Part shown: positions 1-9,408 of the stretch, in pieces | Numbering within the stretch: position 1 is the first letter of the stretch | How the letters are laid out: each line of letters begins with the position of its first letter | NCBI GenBank assembly: GCA_019873645.1 | Contig: JAIOAX010000010.1 | Coordinates: 19,728-83,727, forward strand | DNA length: 64,000 nt | Origin: Chloroflexota bacterium | GTDB lineage: Bacteria > Chloroflexota > Anaerolineae > B4-G1 > SLSP01 | Direction: 5' to 3' | Program-made: the position numbers and the translations under genes | The notes under the pieces: model-generated | Seen by the model: the letters and a program-made list of their open reading frames with translations, nothing else | What the model was told of the DNA's origin: nothing | Databases searched by the model: none

Positions 1-2
1 GT

Positions 3-383
3 GGCGAAAATCCACTGCCCCTGGTGCGCAATCTGCACCAGACGACGGCGTTGGCGCGCATCTTGCGCGGGTTTGCCACCTTACAAGCGCTCACCATCGT
101 CGGCAGTGTGGCCGGCGCCAGCGCGTTGGGGAAGTGGGCCATCGGGCCGGCGCCGCAATTCCTGCAGGTGCAGGGACTGGGATTGCTGCACAATGCTGTG
201 GTCGTGCCGCACTTCACGCGCACGGAAGATTCGGTGGTGTTGCGCTGCCTTTCGCAGCTTGGGACGGGATTGCTCGGCCTGGGGATTCCACACGGCACGG
301 CGCTCGCCTTCGGTCCGCAAGGCCAGGTCGAAACATGGGGAACCGGACAGGTGACGGCGGTAGTAAGTGCAGGCGGGGGATAG
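3..383 (+). CDS. Peptidase S51 (cyanophycinase/peptidase E)-like protein, 5'-partial
   Basis: Open frame from window edge. Motifs G-SVAGA (cf. G-TSAGA), GLGLL..VVVPHF and GLGI..GTAL are typical of S51. The nucleophile Ser position appears to be Val. Confidence 0.6.
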   Translation, partial: GENPLPLVRNLHQTTALARILRGFATLQALTIVGSVAGASALGKWAIGPAPQFLQVQGLGLLHNAVVVPHFTRTEDSVVLRCLSQLGTGLLGLGIPHGTALAFGPQGQVETWGTGQVTAVVSAGGG

Positions 384-447
384 TTTTGACAGGATTAACA
401 GGATTTTATCTTGTTAATCTTGTAAATCCTGTCCAGGGAATCACACT

Positions 448-1101
448 ATGAAGATTTCGACGGTACGCGAAATCGGCGAGATTGTCTACAACGCCAGTGG
501 CTTCGATCCCAAAAACTGGCGTCACGGCAAACCGGCGACGTTGCCGGAGCATGTGATTGACCTTTTTGCCTTGTTACGTGCGCGCCAGATTGATTATGTG
601 CTTGTCGGCGGGATCGCGTTGCTTCAGTACGTCGAGGGGCGCAACACACAAGATATTGATTTGATTGTTGCGTCAGACGCACTCAAGTCGCTGCCGGAAG
701 TGCAAATCGTGGAGCAAAACGTCTATTTCGTGCGCGGACAGTACCAAACACTCCACATTGATTTCCTTTTGACGGAGAATCCGCTCTTCAAGTGCGTGCA
801 ACAGGCCTATATCACGCAGCAGTAGCTATTCGATGCAGCTGTCATTCCATGTGCGACGGTTGAAGGGGTACTCTTGCTGAAGCTGTATGCACTGCCTTTG
901 CTCTATCGTCAGGGGGATTTTGCGCGGGTGGGTATGTATGAGAATGATATTGCGACGTTGATGTACTACTACACGCCGGCGATGCCACCTTTGCTGGCGG
1001 AACTGCGCACCTATCTCAGCGATTCTGATTGGCAAGAAGTGGGATGCATTGTTGAGGATATAGAAAAACGTTTGGCGCGTTTCGCGCAAGCGCAACGATA
1101 A
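448..1101 (+). pseudogene. Nucleotidyltransferase-like protein interrupted by an in-frame TAG (823-825)
   Basis: YVLVGGIAL...RNTQDIDL NTase motif. The reading frame continues after TAG (LFDAAVIPCATVEGVLLLKLYALP...) into ORF 874-1101 in the same frame. Confidence 0.7.
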
Positions 1102-1212
1102 TTGTTAAAATTGCACCGTTAATCTTTACGAGTTTGCACTGATTTTGATTGCCATTTGTGAAAATTCGTGTAGATTCGTTTGGATTCGTGGTTTATCTTT
1201 TGGAGGGATGAT

Positions 1213-3147
1213 ATGGGCAAAAACATCGTTCAGAAAATCTTAGACGCACATCTCGTTTCCGGGGAGCCGGTTCCCGGGCAGGAGGTCGCCATTCGCATTG
1301 ACCAGACCCTGACGCAGGACGCGACGGGCACGATGACGTATTTGCAGTTCGAGGCGATGGGGCTGGATGCGGTCAAGGCGGAGTTGTCGGTCAGCTACGT
1401 GGATCACAACACAATCCAGGTGGGTTTCGAGAACGCCGACGATCACCGTTACCTGCAAACCGTCGCGGCAAAGTATGGCATCGTCTTCAGTCGTGCCGGG
1501 AACGGCATCTGCCACCAGGTGCACCTGGAACGCTTTGGGCGACCCGGCAAGACGCTGCTTGGTGCAGACAGTCACACGCCCACGGGCGGCGGCGTCGGGA
1601 TGATTGCGATGGGCGCGGGCGGTCTTGACGTAGCGGTGGCGATGGGCGGCGGGCCGTTCTATCTCACTTATCCGAAAGTCTGCTTGATCCATCTGACCGG
1701 TAAACTGCAACCCTGGGTGAGCGCCAAAGACGTGATCCTCAAAATGCTGGAAATCTTCTCCACCAAAGGCAACGTCGGCTGGATCTTCGAGTATGGTGGG
1801 CCGGGCGTGGCGACTTTGAGCGTGCCGGAGCGCGCGACGATCACGAACATGGGCGCGGAGATGGGCGTGACCACGTCGGTCTTCCCCTCGGATGCTGAGA
1901 CGCGCCGCTTCCTGGCCGCGCAGGGACGCGAGGAACAATGGATCGAATTGCTACCCGACCCCGACGCAACTTATGACCGCGTTGTGGAACTGGATTTGAG
2001 CAGCCTTGAGCCGCTGACCGCTGCGCCGCACAGCCCCGGTAACGTGATTCCGGTGCGGCAGGTCGCCGGTATGCCGGTTCAGCAGGTCGCCATCGGTTCC
2101 TGTACGAACTCATCCTACGTGGATATGGTGCGGGTGGCGCACATCCTCAAAGGGCATCGCGTGCATCCCGACGTGAGCTTTATCGTCGCGCCGGGATCGC
2201 GCCAGGTCTTGCAGATGCTGGCCCGCGACGGTTCGTTGGCCAGTCTGCTCGACGCGGGCGCGCGGCTGATGGAGAGCGCGTGCGGCTTCTGCATCGGCAA
2301 CAGCCAGAGTCCGCAGAGCGGCGCGGTGAGCCTGCGCACGAACAACCGCAACTTCGAGGGCCGCAGCGGGACGAAGGACGCGCAAGTGTATCTCGTCAGC
2401 CCGGAGACCGCCGCCGCCGCCGTGATTACCGGCAAATTCACCGATCCGCGCGATCTGGGATTGGCGTATCCGCAGGTGGACATGCCGGAGCGGTTCTTCA
2501 TTGACGACAGTATGTTCATTTTCCCGGCGGATGTGACCGGCGAGGTGGAGATCGCGCGCGGCCCGAACATCGGCGTTCCGCCCAAGAACGCGCCGCTGCC
2601 CGCCACGATCCAGGGGCAGGCGACGCTCAAAGTCGGCGACAAGATCACCACCGATCACATTATGCCCGCCGGGCAACTGCTCAAATATCGCTCCAACGTG
2701 CCGAAGTACGCCACCTACGTCTTCTCGCCCGTAGACGAAACCTTCGCCAGGCGCGCCGCCGCCAACCGCGATGCGGGCATCCACAACATCATCGTCGCCG
2801 GAGAGAGTTACGGGCAAGGCTCCAGCCGCGAGCACGCTGCGCTGTGCCCGATGTACCTGGGCGTCAAGGCCGTCATCGCCAAGAGCTTCGAGCGCATCCA
2901 CATCGCCAACCTCATCAACTTCGGCATTGTGCCGCTCACGTTTGTCAATCCGGCGGACTATGACCGTATTCAGACCGGCGACGAGCTGATTATCCCCGAT
3001 ATTCGGGCCGCGCTTGGGGAAAAAGCCCCCATTTCTGTGGAAAACCGCACGCAAGGTGTGGAAATCTCTGTGGGAGCGAACCTCTCGGAGCGGCAGGTGA
3101 AGATTTTGTTGGCGGGTGGGTTGTTGAATACAGTAGCCGGAAGTTAA
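1213..3147 (+). CDS. acnA: Aconitate hydratase
   Basis: DHN, GICHQVH, DSHT, IGSCTNSS, CGFCIG, NRNFEGR, ITTDHI, YGQGSSREHA motifs. GGAGG RBS upstream of ATG 1213. Confidence 0.93.
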   Translation: MGKNIVQKILDAHLVSGEPVPGQEVAIRIDQTLTQDATGTMTYLQFEAMGLDAVKAELSVSYVDHNTIQVGFENADDHRYLQTVAAKYGIVFSRAGNGICHQVHLERFGRPGKTLLGADSHTPTGGGVGMIAMGAGGLDVAVAMGGGPFYLTYPKVCLIHLTGKLQPWVSAKDVILKMLEIFSTKGNVGWIFEYGGPGVATLSVPERATITNMGAEMGVTTSVFPSDAETRRFLAAQGREEQWIELLPDPDATYDRVVELDLSSLEPLTAAPHSPGNVIPVRQVAGMPVQQVAIGSCTNSSYVDMVRVAHILKGHRVHPDVSFIVAPGSRQVLQMLARDGSLASLLDAGARLMESACGFCIGNSQSPQSGAVSLRTNNRNFEGRSGTKDAQVYLVSPETAAAAVITGKFTDPRDLGLAYPQVDMPERFFIDDSMFIFPADVTGEVEIARGPNIGVPPKNAPLPATIQGQATLKVGDKITTDHIMPAGQLLKYRSNVPKYATYVFSPVDETFARRAAANRDAGIHNIIVAGESYGQGSSREHAALCPMYLGVKAVIAKSFERIHIANLINFGIVPLTFVNPADYDRIQTGDELIIPDIRAALGEKAPISVENRTQGVEISVGANLSERQVKILLAGGLLNTVAGS

Positions 3148-3177
3148 GAGATAAGCTCTGGGCAAAGGGAGTCAGGG

Positions 3178-3435
3178 ATGCCAACGATTTCCATATTCTA
3201 CGGTATCAAGATCACGATGAACTATAATAAGCACAATCCACCTCATTTTCATGCTGAGTATCAGGGATGTGAGGCCATTGTGGATGTACAAACCGGTGCT
3301 GTTAGCGGCATTATGCCACGACGGGCGCTTAAGTTAATCTAGGATTGGCTTGATGAGCATCAGGCGGAATTGCTCGTAAATTGGGAACGCGCGCGTGCGC
3401 GACAACCTTTGAATCCAATCGAGCCTTTACCATAA
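3178..3435 (+). pseudogene. DUF4160 family (DhiT-like toxin) with in-frame TAG at 3340-3342
   Basis: Translated by hand: MPTISIFYGIKITMNYNKHNPPHFHAEYQG...LKLI*DWLDEHQAELLVNWERAR...IEPLP. The HNPPHFHAEY motif is present and a DUF2442 gene follows. Confidence 0.8.
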
Positions 3436-3446
3436 AGAGGTGTGCT

Positions 3447-3851
3447 ATGTTTCTTCATGTGACTGCGGTTGAATATCTCGGCGACTATAAGCTGAAGCTG
3501 CAATTCAATAATGGCGCTGAGGGTATCGTAGATTTGGAATCGGAGCTGTACGGCGAAGTTTTCGAGCCATTGCGTGACAAGCATTTGTTCAAAGAAGTTT
3601 TCCTAACAAGTCGGACGATTGAATGGCCGAACGGGGCAGATTTTGCACCGGAGTTTTTGTATGAGAGTGCAGAATTGACTGTCGCCCCGACCCAAGAACA
3701 GGCGCAAATACGAGCTGAAGATATGCTGTGGAAAGCTACTTATGCTCAAAACCGTGAAAGGCTCGTCACGCTGGCTGATGTAGCTCGAGGAGAGGTTGCG
3801 GGTGCAGTGCAACCGGCATTCGATGAACGTGGAGAGTTCAAAGTCGAGTGA
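3447..3851 (+). CDS. DUF2442 family protein (DhiA-like antitoxin)
   Basis: MFLHVTAVEYLGDYKLKLQFNNG...GEVFEPL...TIEWPNGADFAPEFLY. GAGG RBS; paired with DUF4160. Confidence 0.85.
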   Translation: MFLHVTAVEYLGDYKLKLQFNNGAEGIVDLESELYGEVFEPLRDKHLFKEVFLTSRTIEWPNGADFAPEFLYESAELTVAPTQEQAQIRAEDMLWKATYAQNRERLVTLADVARGEVAGAVQPAFDERGEFKVE

Positions 3852-3953
3852 GGGTTTGACAACAGGAAATTGGTGATAAACAAATCATGATTAATATAAT
3901 CGTGATTTGTTTATCACTGTAGATTTTCTGCAAACTGAGTAAGTTAATGTTAA

Positions 3954-4808
3954 GTGATTCCTTGTGCAGATGTCGAGTGTAAACGCGCTTCTGACACGCG
4001 CAGTCGGCGTGAAGTCGTCGCGCAGATGTTGGATTATGCGGCGAATGGCATCGAATACTGGAGTATAGACCAAATACGCCAAATGGCTGTTGCGACGGCT
4101 CAAAAACAAGGCAAAGTTCTTGAAGAGGAACTCGGAAAGTTGTTGGATGATGATAATGTAACGATTGAGAGCTATTGGGAACAAGTCAAAGCTAATCTTG
4201 ATGCCAAACGAGTCCGTTTGCTATTTGTAATGGACACAATTCCGAAAGAACTCAGGCGGTTAGTGGAATTTCTGAATGAAGAAATGACGCATGTGCAAGT
4301 GTTGGCCGTTGAGGTAAAGCAATTCCAACGTGATACAGGTAAAGGGCTTAAGGCACTTGTTCCTCGTGTGATAGGCTTCACTGAGACCGCCCGCGATGTT
4401 AAGCAGGGGACCCCAGTGCGACAGAAACCGATGACGCTTGATGAGTTTATGGAGAAGTGTGATCCTGAAATTGCTCCTTTTTTTATGCGGGTGATAGAAC
4501 TTGCGGGGCAACATGGCTACCAAGTCTACTGGGGGGCAAAAAGCTTTTCGGTTAGAGGTCAATTTCAGGGTGAGCGAGGCAGTTTCTTGTATGGCTGGCC
4601 AACCAAAAGGTTTGATTTCTATTATGGCAGTTGGCGTTCACTGCTCAAAGATGAACTGCAATCTATGCAGGAGAAATTATTGGCATGGAAGGTCTTTGAA
4701 AGGACAGGGGAATGGTCACTGACAACAACTGTAACGAAAGAAAATATGGCGCGCCTTTATGAGATTTTTATCTTTGACGAGATCGATAAAATTGTACAAA
4801 GGCACTAA
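3954..4808 (+). pseudogene. 5'-truncated PD-(D/E)XK (NucS-like) nuclease-domain protein
   Basis: Begins at VECKR...RREVVAQMLDYAANG, the ExK/Q..Y part of the nuclease, without the upstream Asp strand or a clear RBS. Low GC. Confidence 0.55.
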
Positions 4809-4841
4809 ACGCAAAATTTCCAAATCAAAGGAGAGAAAATC

Positions 4842-6053
4842 ATGGAAAAAATTCACGTCAAAACGCCACTGGTCGAAATGGACGGCGACGAGATGACGCG
4901 CGTCATCTGGCAGATGATCAAAGATGAGCTGTTGATGCCCTACCTGGATATGCAGACCATTTACTTTGATCTCGGCCTCAAACACCGCGACGACACGGAT
5001 GATCAGGTGACGTTCGACGCGGCGCACGCTACGTTGCAATACGGCGTCGCCGTGAAATGTGCGACGATCACCCCCAACCAGGATCGCGTGGTCGAGTACG
5101 GTCTCAAGAAGGCGTGGCCCAGCCCCAACGGCACGATCCGCGGCATCCTCGATGGCACGGTCTTCCGCGCGCCGATCATTCTCAAGAACATCCACCCGAT
5201 GGTGCGCTCCTGGCGCAAACCGATTGTCATCGGGCGTCACGCTTACGGGGATGTGTACCGCAACCAGGAGTACAAGGTGCCCGGACCGGGCAAGGCGGAA
5301 TTGGTCTTCACCCCGGCGGACGGAGGCGAGCCGGTGCGTCTCACTATCCACGATTTCAAGGGGCCGGGCGTCATCCAGGGCATCCACAACACTGAGAAGT
5401 CCATCCGCAGCTTCGCCCGCGCCTGTATCCAGTTTGCCATCAGCCAGAAAATGCCGCTGTGGTTTTCTACAAAAGACACCATCTCCAAGACCTATCACAC
5501 CTTCTTCCGCGACATCTTCCAGGAAGAAGTGAACGCGCACAAGGCCGAAATGGACGCCGCCGGCGTCGAATACTTCTATACGCTGATTGACGACGCCGTC
5601 GCGCGCGTTATCCGGCACGAAGGCGGCTTCCTGTGGGCCTGCATGAACTACGACGGTGACGTGATGAGCGACATGCTGGCGACCGGTTTCGGCAGCCTGG
5701 CGTTGATGACCTCGGTGCTGGTGAATCCTGACGGTATCATGGAATTCGAGGCGGCGCACGGCACGGTTCAGCGTCACTACTACGCCTATTTGCGGGGCGA
5801 GAAAACCTCCACCAACCCCACGGCCTCCATTTTTGCGTGGACGGGCGGCCTGGCGCGGCGCGGTGAGCTGGACGGGACGCCGGACGTCGTGGCCTTCGCC
5901 AGGACGCTGGAAGCCGCCGTCATCGAAACCATCGAAGGCGGCGAGATGACCAAAGACCTCACCCTCCTCTGTGACCCGCCCGCCGACCACTACCTCACCA
6001 CCGAAGGCTTCATCCACGCCGTCCGCGCCAAGCTGGACGCGAAACTGGCCTGA
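4842..6053 (+). CDS. icd: Isocitrate dehydrogenase (NADP-dependent type)
   Basis: [49 protein letters not shown] motifs. Confidence 0.95.
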   Translation: MEKIHVKTPLVEMDGDEMTRVIWQMIKDELLMPYLDMQTIYFDLGLKHRDDTDDQVTFDAAHATLQYGVAVKCATITPNQDRVVEYGLKKAWPSPNGTIRGILDGTVFRAPIILKNIHPMVRSWRKPIVIGRHAYGDVYRNQEYKVPGPGKAELVFTPADGGEPVRLTIHDFKGPGVIQGIHNTEKSIRSFARACIQFAISQKMPLWFSTKDTISKTYHTFFRDIFQEEVNAHKAEMDAAGVEYFYTLIDDAVARVIRHEGGFLWACMNYDGDVMSDMLATGFGSLALMTSVLVNPDGIMEFEAAHGTVQRHYYAYLRGEKTSTNPTASIFAWTGGLARRGELDGTPDVVAFARTLEAAVIETIEGGEMTKDLTLLCDPPADHYLTTEGFIHAVRAKLDAKLA

Positions 6054-6283
6054 CGAACATGATTTTTTATGTCAGCAGACATCATGAGCGACGCGCTCAA
6101 CCCAGCATGAAAATGCATGTCAACGGATTAAACGGATTAGCTTTCAATTGTTGCATAAATCTGCTCAATCTGCTTAATCCGCTGACCATTTTCGGAATAG
6201 ATTAAGCAGGTTTAGCAGATTGTGTGCGTAACTCAATCAAAATCTGCTTAATCTGCTAAATCTGCTTACCAAAGAGGTGAATT

Positions 6284-7555
6284 ATGGCACGACGAGCAAT
6301 ACGCGAATATGACGCCAAGCGCCTGCTGGCGCGCTATCTGCCGGATTATCTTCCCGGTTTCAGTTATCCTGGCAAGATTGTCCTGGTGGAGGCCGACACA
6401 GACTGGGACCGCCTGATTGCCGAGCATCCCTGGTTGTTGACCGACCGGCTGGTAGTCAAACCCGACCAATTGTTCGGCAAACGGGGCAAACACGGCCTGC
6501 TGGGGCTAAACCTCGACTGCGCCGGCGCGAAAGCCTGGATTGCCGAACGGATGCACAAAGAAGTGACCGTCGGCAAGGTGACGGACAGACTTTCGGTCTT
6601 CATGATCGAGCCGTTCGTCCCCCATGACCAGCGCGATGAGATGTTCGTCGCGATCCGCACCGAGCGGGAACAGGACGTCATCTACTTTTCCCTGAAGGGC
6701 GGTATTGATATCGAAGAGAACTGGGATTCGGTGGTGCAAATCGGCGTGCCGGTGCTCAGCACCATCGAGAATGTAGATATTGCCGGACAACTGCCCAATT
6801 TTGAAGGTAAGCCGGGCGTCGTGGCGTTCATCACGGCGCTCTACAAGTTCTTTGTGGATCTGGCCTTCACGTATCTGGAAATTAACCCCTTCGCCCTGGT
6901 GCGCAACACCGTCATCCCCCTTGACTTTGTGGGGCAGGTGGATGATACGGCGGCCTTCGAGGCGGGGCGTAAGTGGGGAGAACTGCCTTTCCCGCCGGCG
7001 TTCGGGATGCACTACACACCGGAAGAGGCTTACATCCGCAGCCTCGACGAAAAGGGCGGTTCGAGCCTCAAACTGACCGTTCTCAATCCGCGTGGTCGCG
7101 TCTGGCCGATGATCGCCGGCGGCGGGGCCAGCGTCATCTACGCGGATACCGTCACCGATTTGGGCTATGCTGAGGAACTGGCCTGCTACGGTGAGTATTC
7201 CGGCAACCCCACTACCGACGAGACCCGCGAGTATGCCCGCACCTTGCTCGACCTGATGACCCGTCATCCTGACCCGCAGGGGCGTCCCAAATTCCTGCTC
7301 ATCGGCGGTGGCATCGCCAACTTCACCGATGTCGCCAAAACCTTCACCGGCATTGTGGACGCGCTGCGCGAATACAAAGATCGTTTGCGCGAGAACAACG
7401 TGCATATCTACGTGCGACGCGGCGGCCCCAATTACCAGGAAGGGCTGGCGTTGATGCGCAAGTTGGGCGACGAACTCGGCATACCGATTCAGGTCTACGG
7501 GCCGGAAACGCACATGACGCGCATTGTCACCATGGCCTTGGCGGAAGGGAGATAA
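6284..7555 (+). CDS. aclB: ATP-citrate lyase, beta subunit (ATP-grasp/citrate-binding)
   Basis: IREYDAK, VVKPDQLFGKRGK, LEINP, SLKLTVLNP.GRVW.MIAGGGASVIYAD, YGEYSGNP, GGGIANFTDVA, VRRGGPNY motifs. Confidence 0.92.
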   Translation: MARRAIREYDAKRLLARYLPDYLPGFSYPGKIVLVEADTDWDRLIAEHPWLLTDRLVVKPDQLFGKRGKHGLLGLNLDCAGAKAWIAERMHKEVTVGKVTDRLSVFMIEPFVPHDQRDEMFVAIRTEREQDVIYFSLKGGIDIEENWDSVVQIGVPVLSTIENVDIAGQLPNFEGKPGVVAFITALYKFFVDLAFTYLEINPFALVRNTVIPLDFVGQVDDTAAFEAGRKWGELPFPPAFGMHYTPEEAYIRSLDEKGGSSLKLTVLNPRGRVWPMIAGGGASVIYADTVTDLGYAEELACYGEYSGNPTTDETREYARTLLDLMTRHPDPQGRPKFLLIGGGIANFTDVAKTFTGIVDALREYKDRLRENNVHIYVRRGGPNYQEGLALMRKLGDELGIPIQVYGPETHMTRIVTMALAEGR

Positions 7556-7561
7556 ACAGCG

Positions 7562-9391
7562 ATGGACAAACCCTGGTACATCCTCTTTGATCGTTCGACA
7601 ACTGCAATTGTCTACGGCATGCAAACGGCCGCCGTGCAGCGCATGCTGGATTTCGATTACCTGTGCCGCCGCACGACGCCTTCGGTGGCGGCCATCGTCA
7701 ACCCGACAGGCGAGCCGGGGATTCACCGTCCGTTCTTCGGCAGCCGCGAAGTGATGATCCCCATCTACACCACGCTCGCCGAGGCAGCCGCCGCGCACCC
7801 GGAGGCGGACGTGATGATCAACTTTGCCAGCTTCCGCTCCGCTTTTGCTTCGACGATGGAGGCGCTGGCCCTGCCGAACATTCGCACCATCGCCGTCATT
7901 GCCGAGGGCGTGCCGGAGCGTCAATCACGCATCATGGCGGCGAAGGCGCGCCAACTGGGCAAGGTCATCATCGGCCCGGCGACGGTCGGCGGGTTGGCGG
8001 CGGGCGCGTTCAAGATCGGTAACACCGGCGGGCCTCCGGATAACATCATCGAAGCGAAACTTCATCGCCCCGGCAGCGTGGGGTATGTGGGCAAGAGCGG
8101 CGGCCTCACCAACGAGACCTTCAACATTGTCGCGCGCAACGCCGACGGCATTTACGAGGGCATCGCCATCGGCGGCGACGCCTATCCGGGTTCGCGCCTG
8201 ATTGACCACCTGTTGCGTTATGAGGCCAATCCCGACATCAAAATGCTCGTCTGTCTGGGTGAGCTAGGCGGCAACGAGGAATACGCCATCGTGGACGCGC
8301 TCAAGGATGGGCGCATCACCAAACCGTTGGTCATTTGGGTGACAGGCACCTGCGCCAAAGTCTTCCCCACGAGCGTGCAATTCGGACACGCGGGCGCGAA
8401 GGCCGGCGGCGCGGCGGAAACCGCCGACGCGAAGAATGCCGCGCTGCGCGAGGCCGGCGCGATTGTGCCGGATTCCTTCGACACCTTTGGCGACAAAATC
8501 CGCGAGGTTTACGAAAAGTTGCGGGCGGAAGGCAAAATCACGCCTATCGAGGAGCCAACGCCGCCTCCGATGCCGATGGATTACGCGACGGCCGTGCGTC
8601 AGGGGCTGATCCGCAAGCCCACCAACTTCATCTCCACCATCTCCGACGACCGCGGCGAAGAGCTAACCTACAACAAGATTCCCATCACCGAAGTCATCGC
8701 GCGCGAGATGGGGATCGGCGGCGTCATCGGGCTCCTGTGGTTCAAGCGCGAGCTGCCCGAATATGCCCGCCGTTTCATCGAGCTGACCCTGGTGATCGTG
8801 GCCGATCACGGGCCGGCGGTCAGCGCGGCGCACAACGCGATCGTGGCCGCGCGCGCCGGCAAGGACCTCATCTCCTCGCTGGTGAGCGGCCTGTTGACCG
8901 TTGGCCCGCGCTTTGGCGGCGCGATTGACGACGCTGCCCGCACCTTCAAGCGCGCTTTCGACCAGGGGATGACGCCGCAGCAGTTTGTGGATGATATGAA
9001 GGCCAAAGGCATCCTCATCCCCGGCATCGGCCACCGCATCAAGAGCGTGCAGAACCCGGATATGCGCGTCACCATCGTCAAGGAGTTCGCCAGGAGCCAC
9101 TTCACCGCGACGCCGCTGCTGGATTTTGCGCTGGAAGTTGAGAAGATCACTACGGCCAAGCGCAACAATCTGATCCTCAACGTGGACGGCTGTATCGGCA
9201 TCTGCCTGGTGGATATGTTGAGCAGTTGCGGCTTCACCCCGGCCGAAGTCAACGATATGGTTGAACTGGGCTACTTCAACGGCATCTTCGTCCTGGGGCG
9301 CAGCATCGGCGTGATGGGGCACTACTTCGATCAAGTGCGACTCAAGCAGCCGCTCTATCGCCATCCGTGGGACGATATTTTGTATTTGTGA
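7562..9391 (+). CDS. aclA: ATP-citrate lyase, alpha subunit
   Basis: [40 protein letters not shown] (phospho-His), [21 protein letters not shown] and LYRHPWDDI motifs. Confidence 0.93.
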   Translation: MDKPWYILFDRSTTAIVYGMQTAAVQRMLDFDYLCRRTTPSVAAIVNPTGEPGIHRPFFGSREVMIPIYTTLAEAAAAHPEADVMINFASFRSAFASTMEALALPNIRTIAVIAEGVPERQSRIMAAKARQLGKVIIGPATVGGLAAGAFKIGNTGGPPDNIIEAKLHRPGSVGYVGKSGGLTNETFNIVARNADGIYEGIAIGGDAYPGSRLIDHLLRYEANPDIKMLVCLGELGGNEEYAIVDALKDGRITKPLVIWVTGTCAKVFPTSVQFGHAGAKAGGAAETADAKNAALREAGAIVPDSFDTFGDKIREVYEKLRAEGKITPIEEPTPPPMPMDYATAVRQGLIRKPTNFISTISDDRGEELTYNKIPITEVIAREMGIGGVIGLLWFKRELPEYARRFIELTLVIVADHGPAVSAAHNAIVAARAGKDLISSLVSGLLTVGPRFGGAIDDAARTFKRAFDQGMTPQQFVDDMKAKGILIPGIGHRIKSVQNPDMRVTIVKEFARSHFTATPLLDFALEVEKITTAKRNNLILNVDGCIGICLVDMLSSCGFTPAEVNDMVELGYFNGIFVLGRSIGVMGHYFDQVRLKQPLYRHPWDDILYL

Positions 9392-9408
9392 GAGTTTGGC
9401 AGTTGAAT

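Noticed and set aside
448-3435. Genome-wide TAG recoding
   Set aside because: TAG terminates conserved genes at the expected ends (pheS, rocD), and long housekeeping genes contain no internal TAG.
4716-7924. Long antisense ORFs (e.g. 4716-6017, 6506-7924; also 2110-3165, 33899-35089, 36801-37919)
   Set aside because: Shadow frames opposite well-supported high-GC genes, with no recognisable motifs.
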